IMG/VR virus record: IMGVR_UViG_3300029567_000055
Span: 1-14,242 of that record
DNA: 14,242 bases
Strand: one strand, 5' to 3'
DNA from: a virus
Lineage: Duplodnaviria; Heunggongvirae; Uroviricota; Caudoviricetes
In this document: positions 1 to 7,737 of the stretch, piece after piece
Position numbering within the stretch: position 1 is the first letter of the stretch
Layout of the letters: the number at the start of each line of letters is the position of its first letter
Position numbers and translations under genes: made by a program
The notes under the pieces: generated by a model
Told to the model about the DNA's origin: nothing
Databases searched by the model: none
The model's input: only the letters and a program-made list of their open reading frames with translations

Positions 1-258
1 GAAGGGCTGCGCACGAAAGAACGCCAGAAACAGCTGGTCGCGGAAGGGAAAAGCCAGACCATGAACAGCCGCCACCTGACCGGTGATGCGGTGGATGTTG
101 TGGCCTACATTGGCAGCCAGGTGTCATGGGACTGGCCTCTGTACGAGAAAATCGTGCAGGCATTTAAGCAGGCTGCCGCAGAGCTGGGAACTGCCATCGA
201 ATGGGGCGGGGACTGGAAAACGCTGAAAGACGGGCCTCACTTTCAGTTGAAACGCTGA
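1..258 (+). CDS. Endolysin, peptidase M15/LAS family (likely L-alanyl-D-glutamate or D-Ala-D-Ala peptidase type); 5'-partial, C-terminal ~85 aa only
   Basis: Frame 1 is open from base 1 to the TGA at 256-258. The translation EGLRTKERQKQLVAEGKSQTMNSRHLTGDAVDV...DGPHFQL carries the SxHxxGxAxD and D...H zinc-ligand pattern typical of LAS/M15 phage peptidases. Its position immediately upstream of the packaging genes matches the end of a lysis cassette. Confidence 0.65.
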   Translation, partial: EGLRTKERQKQLVAEGKSQTMNSRHLTGDAVDVVAYIGSQVSWDWPLYEKIVQAFKQAAAELGTAIEWGGDWKTLKDGPHFQLKR

Positions 259-272
259 TAACCAGGTGTGTT

Positions 273-455
273 ATGAGCAGAAAACACTGGACACACAGAA
301 TGCCGCGAACGGCGGCGAAATGGGCACTGGTAGCGATACTGGTGCCTTTTTTATTGGTGGGATGCGTCAGCCTGGATAAGGCGCGCCAGCTTTTCGATAC
401 GGCTTCTCAGGTCTGCGAAATTGTTGACGGTGTTCGGCAGTGTCTGCAGAACTGA
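273..455 (+). CDS. Small lipoprotein (~60 aa precursor, ~30 aa mature), function unknown; lysis-cassette associated
   Basis: ATG at 273 follows AGGTG (264-268). The N-terminus MSRKHWTHRMPRTAAKW is basic, followed by a hydrophobic core ALVAILVPFLL and a lipobox L-V-G-C. The mature part has two more Cys. An alternative start is the ATG at 300 (MPRTAAKW). Confidence 0.5.
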   Translation: MSRKHWTHRMPRTAAKWALVAILVPFLLVGCVSLDKARQLFDTASQVCEIVDGVRQCLQN

Positions 456-626
456 TCGCCCGTAAGAGCAGAATATTTTGCTGAAAAATGAAGGATGCGT
501 CAGCGCCCGGAAAGCATGAAATTCTGTGTTTGCGGTCATTCAATAAAATAAATTCTTTCTTTCGCCGCGAATACTCAAATGTTGATCAGCGCCAGGTGCG
601 GCGACGGGCTTCGATATCAGGAGACG

Positions 627-905
627 ATGATGGGAAAAACAGAAAACAAACCGATTTTAGTTGGTGTCGCGTCTATTCCGTTTAAGTTTGAACTGTCACA
701 ACTGGTGGAAGTATGCATCAGTGATGAATGGGGTGAGGTTAAAGCTCGCGCTCAGTATGCAGATGGCGAAAACCAGTACTTGCTCCACTACAAAGCTGCT
801 GATGGTCGTGCCACGACGGAGTGGTTTGGTGAATCAATGCTGGAAGCAACAGAAGATGCTCGTCATCCGGGCTGTCCGGTATTTGCCTTCATGAAATTAC
901 CGTAA
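627..905 (+). CDS. Hypothetical small acidic cytoplasmic protein (~92 aa), moron-like
   Basis: AGGAG at 619-623 is followed by tandem ATGs at 627 and 630; 630 has the better spacing. The ORF is open to the TAA at 903-905. There is no TM segment or signal peptide and no motif I recognise. It is preceded by about 170 bp of AT-rich non-coding DNA. Confidence 0.5.
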   Translation: MMGKTENKPILVGVASIPFKFELSQLVEVCISDEWGEVKARAQYADGENQYLLHYKAADGRATTEWFGESMLEATEDARHPGCPVFAFMKLP

Positions 906-987
906 GGTGCGGTAGTTACTGAGTAACAGGCATTACAGCAGCCCTTCAGTGAGGGGCTGCGATAATGCCGGTATTAAGGAGATTCCA

Positions 988-1338
988 ATGCCATCACGAA
1001 TCCCCCGCGCATGCCGTAAGCGAGGTTGCGCAGGCACGACAACAGACAGCTCTGGCTACTGCGATAAACATCGGGGTGAAGGCTGGGTGCAGCACCAGCG
1101 CGGACTGAGCCGCCACCAGCGTGGCTATGGCTCAAAATGGACGGTGATTCGAGCCCGTATTCTGAAGCGCGATAAAGGTCTGTGTCAGTTGTGTCTGCGT
1201 GTCGGTGTGGTGCGCGAGGCGAAAACTGTCGACCACATCATCCCGAAAGCACATGGCGGAACAGATGCAGACAGCAACCTGCAGAGTCTGTGCTGGCCCT
1301 GCCACAAAGCGAAAACAGCGCGCGAACGAATCAGGTGA
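988..1338 (+). CDS. HNH endonuclease (terminase-associated)
   Basis: ATG at 988 follows AAGGA (976-980). The translation has Cys pairs (CRKRGCAG...CDKH; CQLCL...CWPCH) and the HNH core ...TVDHIIPKAHGG...N...CHKAK. It sits directly upstream of the terminase small subunit, as in HK97-like cos phages. Confidence 0.8.
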   Translation: MPSRIPRACRKRGCAGTTTDSSGYCDKHRGEGWVQHQRGLSRHQRGYGSKWTVIRARILKRDKGLCQLCLRVGVVREAKTVDHIIPKAHGGTDADSNLQSLCWPCHKAKTARERIR

Positions 1339-1485
1339 TAATTATTCTCACTTGTGGGGAGGGGCGGGTAAAATCCCTGCAGCCCTGGCTGCTCAGTACC
1401 GCCGCCTGACCTTTCCTCGCATCGCCGCAGGTTCGAAAACTTTTTTTTGGGAATGCGATCAAACGATTGATAGGTAAAACCGATT
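1339..1485 (+). other. Putative cos/packaging-initiation region (intergenic HNH-terS)
   Basis: A 147-bp non-coding gap between the HNH and terS genes, with a G-rich tract gtggggaggggcggg (about 1354-1368) and a T8 run (1441-1448). The assignment rests on position only. Confidence 0.3.
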
Positions 1486-1968
1486 ATGTCAGGACCCCCG
1501 AAAACCCCGCCACGCCTGCATTTGATACGAGGCAACCCATCAAAGCGCCCCGTTAAAGACCCCAAAAAAACCGCTAAAAAGGACGAAAAAGGTCTCCCTA
1601 AAATTCCGCAACATTTAGGGGCGCAGGGGAAGTACTGGTTCAGGCGAATGGCGGAAGAACTGAATGCGGAAGGGATCATTTCTCAGCTTGATGCGCGTGC
1701 ACTCGAGTTGCTGGTGGAAGCCTACACCGAATACCGGCATCACTGCGAAATACTCGATGTTGAGGGTTATACCTACCGCACGGAAACGCAGAACGGTGAT
1801 GTGCTGATTAAGGCACACCCGGCTGCTGCGATGAAAGCGGATGCCTGGAAGCGGATCCGGGCGATGCTTGCAGAGTTTGGTATGTCACCGGCAAGCCGGG
1901 CGAAAGTAAATACCGCCGGACCGGATGATGTTGATCCGCTGGCGGAACTTTTAAAAGCGAGAGACTGA
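1486..1968 (+). CDS. terS: Terminase small subunit, P27 family
   Basis: The 160-aa product has a basic Lys/Pro-rich N-terminus (KRPVKDPKKTAKKDEKGLPKIP) followed by ...YWFRRMAEEL...LDARALELLVEAY..., typical of P27-family TerS. Its stop overlaps the terL start as ATGA at 1966-1970. Confidence 0.8.
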   Translation: MSGPPKTPPRLHLIRGNPSKRPVKDPKKTAKKDEKGLPKIPQHLGAQGKYWFRRMAEELNAEGIISQLDARALELLVEAYTEYRHHCEILDVEGYTYRTETQNGDVLIKAHPAAAMKADAWKRIRAMLAEFGMSPASRAKVNTAGPDDVDPLAELLKARD

Positions 1969-3725
1969 TGGCAAAAGTGGCTGACGGGATCCGCTACGCC
2001 GAACGTGTTGTTGCAGGAGAAATTGTCGCTGGCGAATTTGTCCGTCTGGCCTGCCAGCGTTTTCTTGATGATCTGAAGTACGGCGAAGAGCGGGGGATTT
2101 ATTTCAGTGAACCCCGTGCGCAGCACATCCTGAATTTCTACAAATTTGTGCCCCATGTAAAAGGGGCGCTGGCAGGCCAGCCCATTGAACTGATGGACTG
2201 GCATGTATTTATTCTCATTAATATTTTTGGTTTTGTCATTCCGCTGGTCAATGAAGAGACCAGGGAAGTTGTTATGCGCAGCGATGGCAGCGGACGTCCG
2301 GTGATGGTGCGCCGGTTCCGGACGGCGTACAACGAAGTCGCCCGTAAAAACGCAAAATCAACCCTGTCATCGGGTATCGGTCTGTATATGACGGGGGCAG
2401 ATGGTGAAGGCGGGGCTGAGGTGTATTCAGCCGCAACCACGCGTGACCAGGCCAGAATCGTGTTTGAAGACGCCAAAAATATGGTCAGAAAAGCCCGGTC
2501 GACACTCGGGCGATTGTTTGATTTCAACAAGCTGGCGATTTACCAGGAGCAGAGCGCATCAAAATTTGAACCGCTTTCTTCGGATGCAAACAACCTGGAT
2601 GGTCTGAACATCCACTGCGCCATTATTGATGAGCTGCATGCACATAAAACCCGCGACGTGTGGGACGTTCTGGAAACGGCAACTGGTGCCCGTCTGCAGT
2701 CCCTGTTATTTGGTATCACCACGGCTGGCTTTAACAAGGAAGGGATTTGTTACGAGCAACGCGATTACGCCATCAAGGTATTGCGTGGCTATAACAGTGA
2801 CGTGGAGGGCGCGGTAAAAGACGACTCTTACTTTGCGATCATTTACACGCTCGATGAGGGAGATGATCCGTTTGATGAAACGGTCTGGCAGAAAGCGAAT
2901 CCCGGCCTGGGCATCTGTAAACGCTGGGATGATTTGCGTCGTCTGGCGAAAAAAGCGAAGGAGCAGGTTTCTGCGCGGGTGAATTTTTTCACGAAACACA
3001 TGAATGTGTGGGTCACTGCCGAATCTGCCTGGATGGACATGATTAAGTGGGAGAAGTGCGAATACATTGCTCCACAGCATGAGCTGAAAACATATCCCAT
3101 GTGGGTCGGTGTAGACCTTGCTCATAAGATTGATATCTGTGCGGCGGCAAAACTCTGGCGAACCGATAACGGACATGTTCATGCTGATTTTAAATTCTGG
3201 CTCCCGGAAGGACGGCTGGAGCGGTGCTCGCGGCAGCAGGCAGAACTTTACCGGAAATGGGCGGAGATGGATAAGCTCATCCTGACGGATGGTGATGTTA
3301 TCGATCATGCTCAGATAAAAAGTGACTTACTGGAATGGATTGGTGGTGAAAACCTGAGGGAGCTGGGATTTGACCCGTGGAGTGCAATGCAGTTCAGTCT
3401 GGCTCTGGCTGAAGAAGGGATACCGCTGGTGGAAGTTCCGCAGACGGTCCGCAATCTGTCAGAGGCTATGAAGGAAACGGAATCACTGGTCTATGCCGGG
3501 CGTTTTCACCACAGCAATCACCCGGTCATGAACTGGATGATGTCTAACGTTACGGTAAAACCGGACAAAAACGACAATATCTTCCCGAACAAATCCACGC
3601 CTGAAGCCAAAATCGACGGTCCTGTTGCGATGTTTACAGCAATGAGCCGGATGCTGGTCAATGGCGGTGAACCGGAGCCGGATCTGTCTGAGCATCTGGT
3701 CAGCGTTGGTATTCGCTCGCTTTAA
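1968..3725 (+). CDS. terL: Terminase large subunit (HK97-like, Terminase_1 type ATPase-nuclease)
   Basis: The 585-aa ORF contains [18 protein letters not shown] (Walker-A-like), ...[13 protein letters not shown] (Walker B / DExH-like) and a C-terminal nuclease-like region. It is translationally coupled to terS. Confidence 0.9.
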   Translation: MAKVADGIRYAERVVAGEIVAGEFVRLACQRFLDDLKYGEERGIYFSEPRAQHILNFYKFVPHVKGALAGQPIELMDWHVFILINIFGFVIPLVNEETREVVMRSDGSGRPVMVRRFRTAYNEVARKNAKSTLSSGIGLYMTGADGEGGAEVYSAATTRDQARIVFEDAKNMVRKARSTLGRLFDFNKLAIYQEQSASKFEPLSSDANNLDGLNIHCAIIDELHAHKTRDVWDVLETATGARLQSLLFGITTAGFNKEGICYEQRDYAIKVLRGYNSDVEGAVKDDSYFAIIYTLDEGDDPFDETVWQKANPGLGICKRWDDLRRLAKKAKEQVSARVNFFTKHMNVWVTAESAWMDMIKWEKCEYIAPQHELKTYPMWVGVDLAHKIDICAAAKLWRTDNGHVHADFKFWLPEGRLERCSRQQAELYRKWAEMDKLILTDGDVIDHAQIKSDLLEWIGGENLRELGFDPWSAMQFSLALAEEGIPLVEVPQTVRNLSEAMKETESLVYAGRFHHSNHPVMNWMMSNVTVKPDKNDNIFPNKSTPEAKIDGPVAMFTAMSRMLVNGGEPEPDLSEHLVSVGIRSL

Positions 3726-3736
3726 CCGAGGGCATT

Positions 3737-3919
3737 ATGTTTCTGATAATTCTCACGCCACTGGTGGGCGTGCTGGGGGCGCTTTTGCTGGCGTATGGCG
3801 CCTGGCTGATTTATCCCCCGGCAGGTTTTGTTGTTGCCGGGGCGCTGTGTCTGTGCTGGTCGTGGCTGGTTGCGCGTTATCTCGATCGCGGTCACCGGGT
3901 CGCCTCTGGAGGTGAGTAA
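3737..3919 (+). CDS. Small membrane protein, 2 predicted TM helices (60 aa), unknown function
   Basis: ATG at 3737 follows GAGGG (3727-3731). The translation shows two hydrophobic helices ([23 protein letters not shown] and [17 protein letters not shown]) and a charged tail. Its TAA overlaps the portal ATG (TAATG at 3917-3921), indicating translational coupling. Confidence 0.5.
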   Translation: MFLIILTPLVGVLGALLLAYGAWLIYPPAGFVVAGALCLCWSWLVARYLDRGHRVASGGE

Positions 3920-5160
3920 TGTTTTTCCAGGGGCTTTTTCAACGCAAAAATAACACCCCCGTCACAACGCCCGGGATGCTTGCGGAAGAGCTGGGGTTGT
4001 CATACGACACCTATACCGGAAAGCGGATCAGCAGCCAGCGGGCCATGCGGCTGACGGCGGTCTATTCCTGCGTCAGGGTGCTGGCTGAGTCTGTTGGTAT
4101 GCTGCCCTGCAGTCTCTACAAAATCAGCGGCACCCTTAAAACACGGGCGGTGGATGAACGGCTGCATAAGCTGATTTCGGCAAAACCCAATGGCTACATG
4201 ACGCCGCAGGAATTCTGGGAACTGGTTATCGTCTGCCTGTGTCTGCGGGGTAATTTTTACGCCTACAAGGTAAAGGCACTGGGGGAAGTGGTGGAGCTTC
4301 TTCCGATAGATCCGGGCTGTGTGGAACCGAAGCTGAACAGCCAGTGGCAGCCGGTTTATCAGGTGACGTTTCCGGATGGTTCCGTGGATGTGCTGACCCA
4401 GAATGAAATCTGGCATGTGCGTACCCTGACGCTGGATGGACTTGTCGGTCTGAATCCCATTGCATATGCGCGCGAGGCCATTTCACTGGCAGCGGCAACC
4501 GAGGAGCATGGTGCCAGATTGTTTGGCAATGGCGCGGTAACATCCGGTGTGTTGCGTACGGATCAACAACTTTCTGACCAGGCTTATGCGCGTATCAAAA
4601 AGGATTTTGAGGAACGGCATGTCGGGCTGGGAAACTCTCATCGTCCGATGATTCTGGAAATGGGGCTGGACTGGAAAACGGTGGCACTGAATGCCGAGGA
4701 CAGCCAGTTCCTGGAAACCCGCAAGTTTCAGCTGGAAGAAATCTGTCGCCTGTTCCGCGTGCCGCTGCATATGGTGCAGAACACCGATCGCGCCACCTTC
4801 AACAATATTGAAGAGCTGGGGCTTGGTTTCATTAACTATTCCCTTGTGCCGTATCTGACCCGTATTGAGCAGCGGATCAATACAGGGCTGGTCAGGGAGA
4901 GCAAGCAGGGAAAATTTTACGCCAAGTTTAATGCCGGAGCATTGTTGCGTGGCGACATGAAATCCCGCTTTGAAGCGTATGCCACGGGGATCAACTGGGG
5001 GATTTATTCCCCTAATGACTGCCGTGATCTGGAAGATATGAATCCCCGACCGGGCGGTGATGTGTATCTGACACCGATGAACATGACCACCAGTCCCTCT
5101 GCTGGCGATGACAACGGTAAGAAAAAGGAGAGTGGAGATGCAGACAAAACAGCGTCTTGA
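3919..5160 (+). CDS. Portal protein, HK97 family
   Basis: A 413-aa ORF immediately after terL in the canonical position, with the size and sequence character of HK97-family portals. Its 3' end overlaps the protease gene. Confidence 0.85.
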   Translation: MFFQGLFQRKNNTPVTTPGMLAEELGLSYDTYTGKRISSQRAMRLTAVYSCVRVLAESVGMLPCSLYKISGTLKTRAVDERLHKLISAKPNGYMTPQEFWELVIVCLCLRGNFYAYKVKALGEVVELLPIDPGCVEPKLNSQWQPVYQVTFPDGSVDVLTQNEIWHVRTLTLDGLVGLNPIAYAREAISLAAATEEHGARLFGNGAVTSGVLRTDQQLSDQAYARIKKDFEERHVGLGNSHRPMILEMGLDWKTVALNAEDSQFLETRKFQLEEICRLFRVPLHMVQNTDRATFNNIEELGLGFINYSLVPYLTRIEQRINTGLVRESKQGKFYAKFNAGALLRGDMKSRFEAYATGINWGIYSPNDCRDLEDMNPRPGGDVYLTPMNMTTSPSAGDDNGKKKESGDADKTAS

Positions 5161-5788
5161 TATACCGCTGAACCTGAAATCCGTCAGTGATTCCGGGGAA
5201 TTTGAAGGTTACGGTTCTGTTTTTGGTGTTAAGGACAGCCACGATGATGTGGTGGTCCCCGGAGCCTTTACCACAACACTCCAGAAATGGAGCGAAAAAA
5301 AGGCGCTGCCTGCGTTGCTCTGGCAGCACCGCATGGATGAGCCCATCGGTGTGTACACCGAAATGAAAGAAGATGATGTCGGGCTTTATGTCAGGGGACG
5401 ATTACTCATTGATGATGATCCCCTGGCAAAACGTGCACATGCCCATATGAAGGCCGGTTCTTTAACCGGCCTTTCTATTGGCTACATCCTGAAAGACTGG
5501 GAGTACGACCGGGAAAAAGGGGTATTCCTGCTGAAAGAGATCGACCTGTGGGAGGTCAGTCTGGTGACGTTTCCTTCCAATGATGAAGCACGCATCAGCG
5601 ATGTGAAAAATGCGCTGGCGCGTGGGGAGATCCCTGATCAGAAAATTATTGAGCGGGTCCTGCGCGATGTTGGACTCTCGCGAACCCAGGCCAAAGCATT
5701 CATGGCCGGGGGATATGGCGCTTTATCCCTGCGTGATGCTGAGGATGTGGATGCCGCACTGAATGCACTGAAAAATCTTAAATTTTAA
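5138..5788 (+). CDS. Prohead maturation protease, HK97 family (S78/U35)
   Basis: ATG at 5138 follows AAGGAG (5126-5131). The product MQTKQRLDIPLNLKSVSDSGEFEGYGSVFGV.DSHDDVV.PGAF is the characteristic N-terminus of HK97-type prohead proteases. The gene lies between portal and capsid. Confidence 0.85.
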   Translation: MQTKQRLDIPLNLKSVSDSGEFEGYGSVFGVKDSHDDVVVPGAFTTTLQKWSEKKALPALLWQHRMDEPIGVYTEMKEDDVGLYVRGRLLIDDDPLAKRAHAHMKAGSLTGLSIGYILKDWEYDREKGVFLLKEIDLWEVSLVTFPSNDEARISDVKNALARGEIPDQKIIERVLRDVGLSRTQAKAFMAGGYGALSLRDAEDVDAALNALKNLKF

Positions 5789-5801
5789 TCAGGAGTAAAT
5801 A

Positions 5802-7028
5802 ATGGCTGTTGATATTAAAGACGTTGAACAGGTCGCGCAGGATTTGCAGCAGAAGTTTGACGATTTTAAGGCAAAAAACGACAAGCGCATTGACGCGATC
5901 GAACAGGAAAAAGGCAAGCTGGCCGAACAGGTGGAAAGCCTGAACGGGCAAATCAGCGAGCTGGAGAACCTGAAAAGCGACCTGGAAAAAGAGCTGGCAG
6001 ACATCAAGCGTCCGGCAGGCGGCACGCAAAATAAAGTTGCCGGTGAACACAAAGAAGCGTTTATCGGATTTATGCGCAAGGGGCGTGAAGACGGTCTGCG
6101 TGAACTTGAACGTAAGGCGCTTCAGGTAGGTAATGATGAAGATGGTGGTTATGCCATTCCGGAAGAACTGGATCGTACCATCCTGACGCTACTGAAAGAT
6201 GAGGTGGTGATGCGCCAGGAAGCCACTGTGATCACCCTCGGTGGCTCGGATTATAAAAAACTGGTGAATCTGGGCGGCACAACGTCCGGATGGGTGGGGG
6301 AAACGGATGCTCGTCCGGAAACCGCCACCTCAAAACTGGGTCTGATTGAACCCTTTATGGGGGAAATCTACGGCAACCCGCAGGCCACCCAGAAAATGCT
6401 CGATGATGCTTTCTTCAATGTGGAAGACTGGATCAACAGTGAGCTGGCGCTGGAATTTGCCGAGCAGGAAGAAATTGCCTTTACCAGTGGCGACGGCAGC
6501 AAAAAACCAAAAGGTTTTCTGGCTTACGAGTCCACCGATGAAGATGACAAGACCCGTGCGTTTGGCAAACTTCAGCACATTGCTTCCGGTGCGGCTTCCG
6601 GCGTGACTGCCGATGCGATCATTAAACTGATTTACACCCTGCGCAAGGCGCACCGCAGCGGCGCGAAGTTTATGATGAACAACAGCAGCCTGTTTGCCAT
6701 TCGTCTGCTGAAGGATAACGACGGAAATTATCTGTGGCGTCCGGGTATTGAGCTGGGTCAGCCTTCTTCTCTGGCAGGGTATGGCATCGTTGAGAATGAA
6801 CAGATGCCGGATATTGCTGCCGATGCAAAAGCCATTGCGTTTGGTAACTTCAAACGTGGCTATACCATCGTTGATCGCATCGGTACCCGTATCCTGCGCG
6901 ATCCGTACACCAATAAACCGTTTGTGGGTTTTTACACCACCAAGCGAACCGGCGGTATGCTGGTGGATTCTCAGGCGATTAAGCTGATGAAAATTGGGGC
7001 CGCAACCCGCCAGAAAGCCGCTGCGTAA
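5802..7028 (+). CDS. Major capsid protein, HK97 fold, with N-terminal coiled-coil delta (scaffold) domain
   Basis: ATG at 5802 follows AGGAG. The first ~100 aa are heptad-rich and charged (DLQQKFDDFKAKNDKRIDAIEQEKGKLAEQVESLNGQISELENLKSDLEKELADIK). The remainder has the size and composition of an HK97-type capsid protein. No separate scaffold gene is present. Confidence 0.9.
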   Translation: MAVDIKDVEQVAQDLQQKFDDFKAKNDKRIDAIEQEKGKLAEQVESLNGQISELENLKSDLEKELADIKRPAGGTQNKVAGEHKEAFIGFMRKGREDGLRELERKALQVGNDEDGGYAIPEELDRTILTLLKDEVVMRQEATVITLGGSDYKKLVNLGGTTSGWVGETDARPETATSKLGLIEPFMGEIYGNPQATQKMLDDAFFNVEDWINSELALEFAEQEEIAFTSGDGSKKPKGFLAYESTDEDDKTRAFGKLQHIASGAASGVTADAIIKLIYTLRKAHRSGAKFMMNNSSLFAIRLLKDNDGNYLWRPGIELGQPSSLAGYGIVENEQMPDIAADAKAIAFGNFKRGYTIVDRIGTRILRDPYTNKPFVGFYTTKRTGGMLVDSQAIKLMKIGAATRQKAAA

Positions 7029-7040
7029 TGCGGTTTTTTA

Positions 7041-7062
7041 TGCCCGCACAGTGTTGCGGGCA
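7041..7062 (+). promoter_or_regulatory. RNA stem-loop immediately upstream of the connector-gene RBS (8-bp stem tgcccgca/tgcgggca, 6-nt loop)
   Basis: A perfect 8-bp inverted repeat at 7041-7048 and 7055-7062. The 3' arm abuts GGAG (7063-7066) and the ATG at 7073. A weak ccgc/gcgg stem plus T6 (7018-7039) lies just upstream, spanning the capsid stop codon. Confidence 0.35.
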
Positions 7063-7072
7063 GGAGTTTCTG

Positions 7073-7390
7073 ATGGCAGCAATAGTGGAAAAACTCAGGG
7101 CGCAGTGCCGTATTGATACAGATGATGCAACTGATGATGAGTTACTGATGCTGTATTTCCGGGCTGCCTGCCGCAAGGCAGAAAATTTTATCAACCGTAA
7201 GCTTTATGAGGAGACGGTGCCGGAAGGTGATCCTGACGGGGTGCTTATAGCTGATGATGTTTTGCTGGCGCTCATGTTGCTGGTCGGACACTGGTACGAA
7301 AACCGGGAAAATTCCTCAGATGTCAGCAAGGCACCAGTTCCGTTTGGTTTTTCTTCTCTGCTGGAGCCTTATCGTTTTATTCCTTTGTAG
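7073..7390 (+). CDS. Head-tail connector protein (gp6-like / Phage_connect_1 type)
   Basis: ATG at 7073 follows GGAG. The product MAAIVEKLRAQCRIDTDDATDDELLMLYFRAACRKAENF matches the L..K.HLRID.DD.D..I...I.AA pattern of gp6-like connectors. It lies directly after the capsid gene. Confidence 0.65.
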   Translation: MAAIVEKLRAQCRIDTDDATDDELLMLYFRAACRKAENFINRKLYEETVPEGDPDGVLIADDVLLALMLLVGHWYENRENSSDVSKAPVPFGFSSLLEPYRFIPL

Positions 7391-7398
7391 GAGGAACC

Positions 7399-7737
7399 AT
7401 GCAGGCGGGCAGATTACGTGATCGCGTAACTATTCTGAATGTCACCACCGTCCGTTCTCCGTCAGGGCATCCGGTGGAGACAATGACGGAGGGGGCAACC
7501 GTATGGGCAGAAGTTAAGGGGATCAGCGGGAGGGAGAGAATATCAGGAGGTGCAGAAACCGCTCAGGCTACGGTCAGAGTCTGGATGCGATTTCGGCGCG
7601 ATGTGACAGCGACTTCACGTCTGAAAGTGCTGACCGGTGCATTTAAAGGGGTCACTCTTGGTATAGAAGGGCCACCAATACCGGATGCACGCGCCACCCG
7701 GCTTGAAATGCTCTGCAGTCTGAAGGGGAATGTGTGA
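7399..7737 (+). CDS. Head closure / head-tail joining protein (Phage_H_T_join type)
   Basis: ATG at 7399 follows GGAGG. The product MQAGRLRDRVTI...VWAEVKGISGRE...RVWMRFRRDV...RLEMLC fits the head-closure family profile. Its stop overlaps the next gene's start. Confidence 0.7.
   Translation: MQAGRLRDRVTILNVTTVRSPSGHPVETMTEGATVWAEVKGISGRERISGGAETAQATVRVWMRFRRDVTATSRLKVLTGAFKGVTLGIEGPPIPDARATRLEMLCSLKGNV

Noticed and set aside
201-455. Longer 84-aa version of the lipoprotein ORF starting at 201
   Set aside because: The extension overlaps the endolysin 3' end and would bury the signal peptide internally. ATG 273 has an RBS and yields a proper N-terminal lipoprotein signal.
521-553. Candidate sigma70 promoter (-10-like TAAAAT at 544-549) upstream of the acidic-protein gene
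   Set aside because: No convincing -35 element at 16-18 bp spacing. AT-rich hexamers occur by chance in this spacer. Retained only as part of the moron-like finding.
488-685. 65-aa ORF in the 456-626 spacer running into the start of the acidic-protein gene
   Set aside because: It has no Shine-Dalgarno, a low-complexity basic translation, and it overlaps the better-supported 627..905 start out of frame.
1185-1679. 164-aa reverse-strand ORF across the HNH/terS region
   Set aside because: It lies antisense to two well-supported + strand genes and the intergenic gap, has no recognisable domain, and is an ORF of the kind that arises by chance opposite GC-rich coding sequence.
2290-2360. Possible atypical Walker A (RKNAKST rather than a glycine-containing P-loop) and a short insertion in terL
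   Set aside because: I cannot verify the family consensus from memory well enough. It needs an alignment before it can be called unusual.
2706-3308. 200-aa reverse-strand ORF inside terL (and similar minus-strand ORFs at 1773..2204, 2138..2530, 4000..4770, 5012..5329, 5778..6079, 6330..6653, 7652..8011, 8153..8434, 11509..11802, 12835..13140)
   Set aside because: All lie entirely antisense to confidently assigned structural genes in a single-strand operon. None has a ribosome-binding site or a recognisable motif.
3661-3915. 84-aa alternative-frame ORF overlapping the terL 3' end and the 2-TM mini-gene
   Set aside because: It starts inside terL with no RBS and gives an Arg/Cys-rich low-complexity translation. 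The 3737..3919 frame has an RBS, clean TM helices and translational coupling to portal.
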